Part shown: positions 45,591 through 54,287 of the stretch, one piece after another | Layout of the letters: each line of letters starts with the position of its first letter | Numbering within the stretch: position 1 is the stretch's first letter | NCBI GenBank assembly: GCA_030612885.1 | Contig: JAUWMZ010000001.1 | Span: 68,032 to 132,031, forward strand | Source: Candidatus Nealsonbacteria bacterium | GTDB lineage: Bacteria > Patescibacteriota > Minisyncoccia > Minisyncoccales > JAGMDC01 | Direction of reading: 5' to 3' | Length of the DNA stretch: 64,000 nt | Position numbers and translations under genes: made by a program | Notes under the pieces: generated by a model | Databases searched by the model: none | What the model was told of the DNA's origin: nothing | The model's input: only the letters and a program-made list of their open reading frames with translations

Positions 45591-45992
45591 TTATTCTACG
45601 AGTTCACGATAAACATCCTTTTTATTTATTTTTTCTTTTTCTTTAATGGAAGTTTCAGGGGTAGTTTTCATTGTATAAATTTCATTCAGTTCTTTTTTAA
45701 CCGGGAAGAAAATCATTCTCTCAATTTGGAAACCAATTTTTTCCACTATATCTTTTTTAAAATTCAGCTCTTTTTCCAAAGTATTTCTGAATTCTTCTGG
45801 AGGCAAAATCCCCAACAAGACATTGCCCGTTAAGCGGGCAACTTCAGGAATTTTTGTTTCTTCAATATTATTTCTTGAGCAGATACTATAAATATCATTA
45901 GCCGTTTTCTCAGCAAAAACTGCTTCCTTTAATTCTTCTGGAAGTTTTTCATATATTTTCCAAATTTGTTTTTTAGTGTATTCCTCTGGCAT
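45591..45992 (-). CDS. hypothetical soluble protein, first gene of the T4SS-like operon
   Basis: The 133-aa ORF overlaps or abuts the PrgI-like gene, and no motif was recognised. Confidence 0.4.
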   Translation of the reverse strand: MPEEYTKKQIWKIYEKLPEELKEAVFAEKTANDIYSICSRNNIEETKIPEVARLTGNVLLGILPPEEFRNTLEKELNFKKDIVEKIGFQIERMIFFPVKKELNEIYTMKTTPETSIKEKEKINKKDVYRELVE

Positions 45993-46203
45993 AGAATTTT
46001 ATCAACTTAATTTTATCACATTTTTCATTTTACCACACTTCTATTTTATCACAAATAAAAAATAAAAAAAACAACAGGTGTCAACATCCAACACAAAACA
46101 AAAAATTATCTTTAAAATTATGTATTTGTCCTTTGCGAAAGATTGCTTATAATAAAATTAGCGAAAGCAAGACTATGCCCGTCCTCGTCCAAATTTTCTC
46201 TTT

Positions 46204-46581
46204 ATGCCTTATCGTCATCAACAATTCGTCAATAGAGAAATATATCACATTATCATCAGGGGAATCGATGATAATTTAATCTTTAGGAACGCAGACGATT
46301 ATTATCGAGCTATTTTTTCTATCTATGAATTTAATAATGCTAACGCGGTAGAAATTTATAAAAGGCGCCGTGAAATTCAAACCATAAAAAAACATTTAAA
46401 GAACAAGCCGGGGGAGGCCGGGCCTCCCCCGAGCTTTTCGTTAGGATTTTGGACGCGTATACGCAGAAGATTTGACAAATTTGGTATAGATGCTATAATT
46501 ATGGCAGCACTCTACAATAGAATATATGATAAAGGCTATGCGATGAAAGTGCTGATAGAAAGTAAAAAAAATAGGAGGTGA
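46204..46581 (+). pseudogene. decayed Y1/RAYT-like transposase fragment
   Basis: N-terminus REIYHIIIRGIDDNLIFRNADDYYRAIFSI matches the family start, but no HUH motif follows. Interrupted by GC palindrome CGGGGGAGGCC-G-GGCCTCCCCCG at 46409-46431. Confidence 0.5.
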
Positions 46582-46591
46582 AAAAGAAAAA

Positions 46592-47731
46592 ATGGGATGG
46601 AAAAAAAGAATCGCTTTAGGGCTTGTATTGATAATAGCTCTCTGGTTGCTATGGGGAACAGTAGAAATAGTAAAATGGTGGGTATTGGTCATTATAGGAA
46701 TACCCATTACAGTAATAGCAGGTTTGTTGTTTGCCTATTTCTTTTTGGCTAAGCCCAGTCAGAACCGATGGTTTACTTTTGTAAAAGAAGGAACAGCAAA
46801 AATTGTTGTCCGAGGAGATAAATTCGAGAAAGCATTGATTCAGTGGGAAGGATATACTCTCAGCGAAGAAATTAAGAAAGACGGGAAAGGAAAGATAATT
46901 CAAGATAAGTGGGATATTATTAAAGGAGAAGAAAAAGGGCATCCTCTCGGTGGTTTCAGGTATTACGGATTTTGGCCCTTCAAAGATATGTATGCCTATG
47001 ATTTTGAATGGACAGGGGTAAAAGAAAACGGTGAAATTATCCATCATCCAAAAGAAACACTGGACTATATTCTCTTAAAAGACGATGTGTATTGGGCAAA
47101 AGTAGAACAAGCAGAGGATAAAGAATTATTGCCATTAGAAGTAGAGATAATTCTAACTATTAGAATTATCAATCCTTACAAGGCGTTATTCAATGTCCAG
47201 AACTGGTTAGAAATAGTGATAAACAGAATAAAACCTTGGGTTAGAGATGCTGTCACTCATGATACCTACGAGAATCTAATCAAACAGCCTGATCGGATAG
47301 GAGAAGAGATGTACGGGAAGTTAAAGGACGCAGGATTATTGGAGAACGAATTTATTGCTCGTTATGGAGTGGATGTCAGAAAAATCGAAGTGAAAGAGAT
47401 AAATCCGCCCAAGGAATACAGAGACGTAACTCTTAGAAAATATACAGCCGAACAAGAGAAAAAAAGAATTGTCATAGAAGCTGAGGCAGAGGCAGAAAGA
47501 TTAAATACCGTCTATGGTAAGATTCAGCAATTCGAGGATTTAGGGAGATTAGTCCGAACATTGGAAGCAGTGGAGAAAAGCCCCTTAGCCGCCAGTTTGA
47601 CTGTTCAGGCAGTTCCAGGACTTCCAGAAGCTCTAAAAGGAATTTTTGGAAAATCAGCAGATACAATAAGTCAGAAAGAATTCAGAGAACTGAAAGAGAT
47701 GGTTGAGAAACTAGTGAAAGAAAAAAAATAA
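46592..47731 (+). CDS. SPFH/band-7 (prohibitin-like) membrane protein
   Basis: Strong RBS (AGGAGGTG), two N-terminal TM spans, an SPFH-like core, and a C-terminal coiled coil (EQEKKRIVIEAEAEAERL). Confidence 0.65.
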   Translation: MGWKKRIALGLVLIIALWLLWGTVEIVKWWVLVIIGIPITVIAGLLFAYFFLAKPSQNRWFTFVKEGTAKIVVRGDKFEKALIQWEGYTLSEEIKKDGKGKIIQDKWDIIKGEEKGHPLGGFRYYGFWPFKDMYAYDFEWTGVKENGEIIHHPKETLDYILLKDDVYWAKVEQAEDKELLPLEVEIILTIRIINPYKALFNVQNWLEIVINRIKPWVRDAVTHDTYENLIKQPDRIGEEMYGKLKDAGLLENEFIARYGVDVRKIEVKEINPPKEYRDVTLRKYTAEQEKKRIVIEAEAEAERLNTVYGKIQQFEDLGRLVRTLEAVEKSPLAASLTVQAVPGLPEALKGIFGKSADTISQKEFRELKEMVEKLVKEKK

Positions 47732-47784
47732 ACAAATTCATTGGGGGAGTTATAATTTTTAGCTTCCCGTTTTTTTTATTCTTG

Positions 47785-49935
47785 TTAGAATTTTCTTCCT
47801 CCTACTTTTGGCTCTTTTGGTTTTTTTACTCCTGCTCTTCCTCCTATTTCTTTTTTTTCTTTCTTTGGTTTGATTTCTCTTTCTTCTAAAAACAATTCTT
47901 TTCTATCTTTTTCTAAAATATCTTCTCTATTTACTTCTCGTAGAAGTGTTTGTGTTCTATAATTTTTTGCTTCTGCTCGGGCAGGCGCACTTTCTTCAGC
48001 TTTTATTCTATTTCCGATTGATGAAAATCCAAGAGATTGAGCCCCTGAGCTGTTGAGATAATTAGGAACATTGGGATTGAAACTCTCCGGCTTAAGATAG
48101 TGATCTCTTCCATGCTCTTCAGCAAATGCCTGAAATTCATCAATAAATTCTCTTCCAAAATTTTTGCCCGCTGCTGAGATTTGGCTTCCTGCCCAGAATT
48201 TATGCATTGCCATTTGTGCATCTTTATCATGGATAGTAGATTTATCCATAAGCTCTATGTCTTTGGCACTTAACCCAGCTATTATTGCTTCAGTTGGTGT
48301 TTTAAATCCTGCGGTCGTTATGGCTTCTTTATCAAGCATTAAACCCGCTCTTTCTTTAACATTTTCATCAAATCCCTCTCCTATTTTTTTAGCTAAATAT
48401 GGGTAGGCATCACGAATTTTGGAAAATTCCTTGGGATCAATCTTTAATGCTTGTTTTCCAATTTTTATTACCAGTGATTCTAATTCTTCCTTTTCTAAAC
48501 CTAATTTTTTCATTTCTCTAATTTGTCCTTTTTCTATAGCAGTCTGTAATGTTCCGATGCGGTTTGCTTTGCTAGCTAAAGGATCTCTTATAACATTAAG
48601 ATTGGTTGAAGCAATTCTTCCTGAAGCTTTTTCTCGTGCCCCAGATATATCTTTTTTCTCTGACTCAGTAACAGTGGCAACAGCGCCTGCTCCTTTTCTT
48701 ATTGCCCATCCAGGTACCGCGTATGCTCTCTTACCCCATTTGCTTTTAGGACTATATGCTGATAATCTTTCTGCTCCTCTTAAAACCTTTGCCGGAACTC
48801 TTTCTTTTGCAAAAGTTCCTGCTTTTCTTCCTGCCCATCTTCCTGCTTGTGTGCCTCCGGTTTTCGCGAAGCCAATAATCTTATCTGCGCCCATTGCTCC
48901 GGTTTGTAATGAGGCAAAGAAGCCGACAATAAGAAAAAGAAGTGGTACGGTATATTGGAACAACACAGCAAATCCGCTAAGTCCCCCAGTAGGGTCACTG
49001 GTAAGGTTTCCTTTACTCATTTCTCCTATCAGCATATTTGATAAATAGATAAAGAAAGCAGCGGGAATTCCAATAATGCACCATTGAAAGAATTGTTTCC
49101 ACCACATATCCCAAACGCCTTTTAACGCCGGTAAGATATAACAGAAAAATGCCAAGGGAGACAAAATAATTAAAATCCAAAGAGCAACATACCTTACTGC
49201 AAATAAAAGAGCAAAAAGGAGAAAGATGATTGTTGCAACCAGATTAAAAACCACCAATACTATGCCTGCTCCGAGTCTTTCTCCTGGATCAAGATTTTCG
49301 TTAAACAAAGAACCGATTTGATAAGTCATTGTTTCAATAAAACTTCTGTCTAATGTCCCGGCTGTTAAAAAGTGATTCATTGCTACATTGGAAATATCAA
49401 TAAAAAAACCGCAGATTACCGGGGTGAAATTGATTAAAAGGGCAATGCCGATTAAAAGAGGCAAAAGTTTTTGCGCCTGATATTCTTTTATCCGTAATAT
49501 AGTAGCCAGGGCGACAATCACAAATCCGAGAACAATAAACATATTAGTAAAATCTCGGACTATTCCCCAACCTTCCTGTACGATAAGATTGTCAGGACCA
49601 GTGAAAGATATGTTTATAAAACCAGTACTGGTTACCCAGTTTAATAGGGCATAGGAGAGAACTAAAAAAGGTGTGGTGGCGGTCAACAAAGCTGATATTA
49701 TAAGAGATAAACCGCCGCTAAAGAAGTCCGTTGCTATGCCGGTTAAGCCATGCTGTTCAGGTGAGCCGAGAGGGTTAGTAAAAATTTGAAAAAAATTATC
49801 TATGTAGGTAGACCAAAAACCAGCTTGAGCTGGAACAGTGGGCAAGAACAATCCTAAACCAAAAATAATAAGAAATAACAAGACAATTGTTTTTTTAGAA
49901 AAAAAATGAGAGAATTTTTTAAGTTTTTGAAACAT
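47785..49935 (-). CDS. large polytopic membrane protein, VirB6/TrbL-like candidate channel subunit
   Basis: 716 aa with about 8 hydrophobic spans in the N-terminal half and a Lys/Gly-rich soluble tail. The assignment rests on context and topology only. Confidence 0.45.
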   Translation of the reverse strand: MFQKLKKFSHFFSKKTIVLLFLIIFGLGLFLPTVPAQAGFWSTYIDNFFQIFTNPLGSPEQHGLTGIATDFFSGGLSLIISALLTATTPFLVLSYALLNWVTSTGFINISFTGPDNLIVQEGWGIVRDFTNMFIVLGFVIVALATILRIKEYQAQKLLPLLIGIALLINFTPVICGFFIDISNVAMNHFLTAGTLDRSFIETMTYQIGSLFNENLDPGERLGAGIVLVVFNLVATIIFLLFALLFAVRYVALWILIILSPLAFFCYILPALKGVWDMWWKQFFQWCIIGIPAAFFIYLSNMLIGEMSKGNLTSDPTGGLSGFAVLFQYTVPLLFLIVGFFASLQTGAMGADKIIGFAKTGGTQAGRWAGRKAGTFAKERVPAKVLRGAERLSAYSPKSKWGKRAYAVPGWAIRKGAGAVATVTESEKKDISGAREKASGRIASTNLNVIRDPLASKANRIGTLQTAIEKGQIREMKKLGLEKEELESLVIKIGKQALKIDPKEFSKIRDAYPYLAKKIGEGFDENVKERAGLMLDKEAITTAGFKTPTEAIIAGLSAKDIELMDKSTIHDKDAQMAMHKFWAGSQISAAGKNFGREFIDEFQAFAEEHGRDHYLKPESFNPNVPNYLNSSGAQSLGFSSIGNRIKAEESAPARAEAKNYRTQTLLREVNREDILEKDRKELFLEEREIKPKKEKKEIGGRAGVKKPKEPKVGGRKF

Positions 49936-50209
49936 TAAGTTATTGTAAGAACCTGCCTCGTTAATACTCGGCAGAACCTTGTAATTGTTTCATTTGGTTG
50001 GAATACAAAAATAAGAACCTTTCGTCGCTTCGCTCCTCAAGAACCTTGATTCGTTAAGGTATAATTATATAATCTTGAATTAAATTTTTGCATTCCTCTC
50101 TTCCTTACAATTATAGCATAAAAATAAAGTATATGGATAGGGATAGAGTTGTGGATAAAAAAAACAGAGAGGTGAAAAATCCTCTCCTAATTTTTTTTTG
50201 CATATTTTT

Positions 50210-50524
50210 CTATGCTTTTTTCTTCAGTAATGCCTTTATTTGCAGTATGTCCAGTTTTATTAGTATTAACAGGATGGCAATTGCTGTTATTGCTGCTCCA
50301 AGTATCATTGCTATTCCGTAATTCGGCGTTAAGGGATCTTTATAACCGGCCGGAGGTCCGCTGGGGATTCCTAAACTTTTTGTGAATTCATCTAACTCAT
50401 CTTCGTCCATTTCGGTCCAGTCCTTTGCTGTAACTGAAGTAGTCATCGAAATTAATATCGCTATCATTAACGTAGCCAATATAGTCAAGCCAACTATTTT
50501 TTTCATTCTTCTCATTTCTATCAC
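50210..50524 (-). CDS. small secreted protein with C-terminal membrane anchor
   Basis: The protein has a signal peptide (KKIVGLTILATLMIAILISMTTSVTA) and a C-terminal TM span. Its promoter lies at 50619-50647. Confidence 0.4.
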   Translation of the reverse strand: MIEMRRMKKIVGLTILATLMIAILISMTTSVTAKDWTEMDEDELDEFTKSLGIPSGPPAGYKDPLTPNYGIAMILGAAITAIAILLILIKLDILQIKALLKKKA

Positions 50525-50618
50525 CTCCTTTTTCTTTACATATTTCTTTCAAATTCATTTCCGGTCATTCATTACATTATTTATTTTTAAATGACCATCA
50601 CTCATAACCTCTAATTTT

Positions 50619-50647
50619 AGAATAGCGATTTCAAGAGGCCTTGTCAA
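50619..50647 (-). promoter_or_regulatory. sigma70-type promoter (TTGACA-N17-TATTCT)
   Basis: Reverse complement of tgtcaa at 50642-50647 and agaata at 50619-50624. Shares the extended TATTCTAAAATTA with the promoter at 55919-55946. Confidence 0.5.
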
Positions 50648-50702
50648 CCCCCATACTAAAACAAACAGCGAATATCGTCTAGTAAAGGTCTAAAGCTCAA
50701 TG

Positions 50703-51617
50703 TTAGTCCCCTTTAAAGGTTTTTGTCAAATTGAGCCAGTCCTGGATGGTCAGGGTTTCAGCTCGCTGAGATGGTTGAATATTATTTTGAATCAGCCATT
50801 TTTTAATTTTTTCCTTGTCTAATTTCAGTTCTTTGACAAACTCAGGACAAGCTCCTGAAAAATTATTCAAAATCTGTTTTCTGGGATGAGAAAATCCAGC
50901 CTTTACAATCTTGAAGAACAAATCAACGAGTCCGGGTCTCGTTGTTAGTTTTTGAGGTTGAGGAGTTATTTTTATAATTGCGGAGTCAACCTTTGGTTCT
51001 GGCCAAAATGATTTTTTAGAAATGTAGTCAATAATCTTTGCTTGAGCGTAAAATTGAACCGAAACAGCTAAAATACTCATTTTTGGTGGCTTAGCGCCCG
51101 CCTCGCCCGCCGAGCGGGCTCGGCGAGGCGGGCAAATTCTTTGAGCCATTTCTTTCTGAACTATGAGAATCATCTGGCAAGGTCTCATCTGGCGATGTTT
51201 GACATCGCCAGCTTCATCAACAGCCTCAAGAAATTTTCTGATGACTGGCGCAGTTAAATAAAAAGGCAAATTACTAAGTATCTTGTATCTTATATCTCGT
51301 ATTTTGTATTTCAAAATGTCTTCTTGGACGATTTCAATATTTTGAAAATCCTTTAAGGTTTCTTTTAGAATCTCGCACATTTTTATGTCTTTTTCGCAAG
51401 CAATAACTCTTTTTGCTTTTCTTGCTATTTCTTGAGTTAAAGTGCCAATGCCTGGTCCGATTTCCAAAATAGTATCAAAAGGTTTTAAATCAGCTGATTT
51501 GATAACTTTTCTAACTACTGATTTGTCAATCAAAAAATTCTGGCCAAATTTTTTTGATGGTCTAATATTATACTTTTTTAAGATTTCTTTGATTGTTTTT
51601 TTTGATGCCAGATTCAT
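50703..51617 (-). CDS. rsmA: 16S rRNA (adenine1518/1519-N6)-dimethyltransferase RsmA/KsgA
   Basis: KKFGQNFLID, ILEIGPGIGTLT and SNLPFYLT motifs. Longer than usual because of GC-rich palindromic segments read in frame. Confidence 0.9.
   Translation of the reverse strand: MNLASKKTIKEILKKYNIRPSKKFGQNFLIDKSVVRKVIKSADLKPFDTILEIGPGIGTLTQEIARKAKRVIACEKDIKMCEILKETLKDFQNIEIVQEDILKYKIRDIRYKILSNLPFYLTAPVIRKFLEAVDEAGDVKHRQMRPCQMILIVQKEMAQRICPPRRARSAGEAGAKPPKMSILAVSVQFYAQAKIIDYISKKSFWPEPKVDSAIIKITPQPQKLTTRPGLVDLFFKIVKAGFSHPRKQILNNFSGACPEFVKELKLDKEKIKKWLIQNNIQPSQRAETLTIQDWLNLTKTFKGD
51096..51133. repeat. GC-rich nested palindrome inside rsmA
   Basis: GCCCGCCTCGCC (51096-51107) pairs with GGCGAGGCGGGC (51122-51133). 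There is an inner GCCCGC-CGA-GCGGGC hairpin. Read in frame as CPPRRARSAGEAG. Confidence 0.85.
51189..51211. repeat. 9-bp-arm palindrome inside rsmA (CTGGCGATG-TTTGA-CATCGCCAG)
   Basis: Perfect arms. Read in frame as AGDVKHRQ within a segment that is longer than in the E. coli KsgA sequence as I recall it. Confidence 0.8.
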
Positions 51618-51677
51618 AAGCTGTGGAAAACTAGTATTGACTTAATGTCTTGCTTTGATACCATAAGAAAATAACAT

Positions 51678-52685
51678 ATGAATAATAGTTTTTTTAAGTT
51701 AATCGGCTTAATGTTATCGCTGATTATTTTATTTGGAGCAGTTTTTCTTTATTTTGGAAATGATGTTAATAATTCTGTTTCCTTAATTAGTGATAAGGTT
51801 TCTAATGAGGGATTTTTTGTTGATTCAAGAAAAACTCCAAGATTAGAATCGCCGAATTTATATCTGATTGAAAAGAATAGCTTAATGGCTAGTTGTCCTG
51901 TGATGACGGTTGATCCTCAGGTTTTAGGCAGTTTTTTGGCTGGAGAATCTGATTCAGAAAACAGAAAAGATATTATTGAATATGTTGTAGAATCAGGCGA
52001 TGCTCTCTCTTCTATTGCCGAGAAGTTTAATATATCCTTAAATACGGTTCTTTGGGTTAATGATTTAGATAAAAATTCTAAAATTAAGCCGGGCCAAAAA
52101 CTGATTATTCTGCCGGTTTCCGGTGTTTTACATCTTGTAAAATCAGGTGATACTTTAAGCGAAATCGCTGAAACTTATAAAGCAAAAACAGGCGAAATAG
52201 CTGACCTTAACAGGCTTTCTGAAGACAGAGAAATTTTTGTTGGCGACCTTTTAATCATTCGTGATGGCAAGATGCCTTCTAAGAAGACATATTATGCTAA
52301 TATTCCTTTGACTGATTCTTATTTTATCTTGCCTACCCAGGGCTGGGTGACCCAGGGTCTTCATTGGTATAACGCTATAGATGTGGCTAATAAATGCGGG
52401 ACTCCTATTTTAGCGGCTGCTGGAGGAACCGTCCAGAGGATTGGCTATAATAACTGGCCAGCCGGCAATTATGTGAGAATTTTACATCCTAATGGCGTAG
52501 TAACTCTTTATGGCCATTTATCAAAAATTTTAGTCAAGCAAAACGAAAAAGTATCTCAAGGCAAGGTTATTGGATATATGGGAAGAACTGGATTAGCCAC
52601 TGGCTGTCATTTGCATTTTGACGTCAGAGGAGCGAAAAACCCTTTAGCCAAGTATCTGCTTGGTTCTGAAATTAGCTGGAAGTAA
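51678..52685 (+). CDS. LysM x2 / M23 family metallopeptidase
   Basis: The protein has a signal anchor and two LysM repeats (YVVESGDALSSIAEKFNISL and HLVKSGDTLSEIAETYKA). M23 motifs are HLHFDVR and GYMGRTGLATGCH. Confidence 0.9.
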   Translation: MNNSFFKLIGLMLSLIILFGAVFLYFGNDVNNSVSLISDKVSNEGFFVDSRKTPRLESPNLYLIEKNSLMASCPVMTVDPQVLGSFLAGESDSENRKDIIEYVVESGDALSSIAEKFNISLNTVLWVNDLDKNSKIKPGQKLIILPVSGVLHLVKSGDTLSEIAETYKAKTGEIADLNRLSEDREIFVGDLLIIRDGKMPSKKTYYANIPLTDSYFILPTQGWVTQGLHWYNAIDVANKCGTPILAAAGGTVQRIGYNNWPAGNYVRILHPNGVVTLYGHLSKILVKQNEKVSQGKVIGYMGRTGLATGCHLHFDVRGAKNPLAKYLLGSEISWK

Positions 52686-52755
52686 CTAATCACTAATCAT
52701 TGATCATTAATCACTAATAACTGATTATTAATCATTAATAATTGATAGCTGAACT
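52686..52755. repeat. intergenic TAATCATTAATCA-family tract
   Basis: ctaatcactaatcattgatcattaatcactaataactgattattaatcattaataattgat. Confidence 0.8.
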
Positions 52756-52760
52756 TTGGT

Positions 52761-54287
52761 TCAGTTTTCTTTTATTCTATACATCAGAGCTTCGGAAAGA
52801 TGGTCAAAAGAGATACTTTCTGACTGGTCTAAATCAGCAATAGTTCGGCTGACTTTGAGAGTGCGATGAAATCCGCGGGCAGAAAGTTTGCCGGAATCAA
52901 CATATTTTTTCAATAATGCCTGGGATTTCAAGTCAATTTGGCAGAATTTCTTAATTTCAGGAATTGACATTTCAGAATTAGTCAAACTCAACGAGAACCG
53001 TTCTCGCCCGCTCAAATTTTGCTTTGCAAAACTTAGGCGGGCTCGTTGAATTTGACGGGCTTTGATCACTTTTTCTCTTATTTCAGAACTGGAATTTTTT
53101 TCATCTTCAGCCACTAGCCTCTCATATTTCAGTTGAGGAACTTCAATAAAAAGGTCAATTCTGTCCATTAAAGGTCCGGATAGTTTTCTTCTATATTTAC
53201 TAATTTGAGAAGGGGTACAGGTACATTGTCTTTCCGGGTCTCCATAATAACCGCAGGGGCAAGGGTTAGAAGCAGCAACTAAGGTAAAGCGGGCTGGCAA
53301 GGTTAAGCGGTTTTTCGCCCGGAGAATGGTAATTTCCCCTTCTTCAATCGGCTGGCGTAAAGATTCTAAAACATCTCTGTGAAATTCTGGAAATTCATCT
53401 AAAAATAAAATGCCTCTGTGAGCTAAAGTGATTTCTCCGGGTCTGGGAGGATTGCCTCCGCCAATCAGGGCTGGTTCAGATGAAGCATGATGAGGCGAGC
53501 GAAAAGGCCTTAATTTAATTAAAGCCGTTCCCAAAGGCAGAAGTCCGCTGATGCTGTAAATTTTAGTGACTTCCAGGGATTCTTCAAAAGAAAGAGGGGG
53601 CAGGATAGAAGGAATGGCTTTGGCTAAAAGTGTTTTTCCAGCGCCAGGCGGTCCCAACATCAAAAGATGATGGCTGCCAGCAGCAGCAATTTCCAATGCC
53701 CTTTTAGCGTATCCCTGCCCTTTAATCCAGGCAAGGTCAACAGAATAGTTCTGTTCCTCCAAAAATTTTTCCTTGTCTGTTTGAAAAGAAGAAATCATTT
53801 TCTTTCCTTCCAAGTAATCAATGACTTCTTTTAAGGTTTCTACTCCGATTATTTTTATTGCTTCTGGCTTGGCATCAGAGGCATCATCTTCTTTAATTAA
53901 GTTTATTAAACCTGCCTCTGAAGCATTAGCTTTTGGCAGGATTATTTCTTTTAATCCGTTTTTCTTAGCTGCCAATACCAAGGAAAGAGTTCCTTTTATT
54001 GGTCTTAGCTTCCCGTCTAAAGCTAATTCTCCAACAAAAATTTTATTCCGAGCATCAAATCTTACTTGCTCAGAGGCAGATAAAAAAGCTAAAGCAATAG
54101 GCAGGTCGTATAAAGAACCTTCTTTTTTTAAATCAGCCGGAGCTAAATTTACTAAAACCCGAATGGGCTGGCTAAAAGGAGATTTAAATTTAGAACTGTT
54201 TATTGCTGAACCAACTCTTTCTTTTGACTCTTCAACCGCTTTGTCAGGCAGGCCGACGATATTAAGGGAGGCGATAATACCCCATCT
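52761..54287 (-). pseudogene. comM: comM (YifB-family Mg-chelatase-like competence ATPase), 5'-truncated by insertion
   Basis: Frame is open from 54287. Hand translation gives ...SLNIVGLPDKAVEESKERVGSAINSSKFKSPFSQPIRVLVNLAPADLKKEGSLYDLPIALAFL..., then GPPGAGKTL and ILFLDEFPEF. No start codon and no first 25-30 codons are present. A recombinase gene abuts it. Confidence 0.8.

Noticed and set aside
48419-49048. 209-aa plus-strand ORF (and other antisense ORFs at 6426, 6660, 12825, 20863, 21160, 22630, 22966, 42407)
   Set aside because: All lie entirely inside longer opposite-strand genes with recognisable domains or membrane topology. They are typical shadow ORFs.
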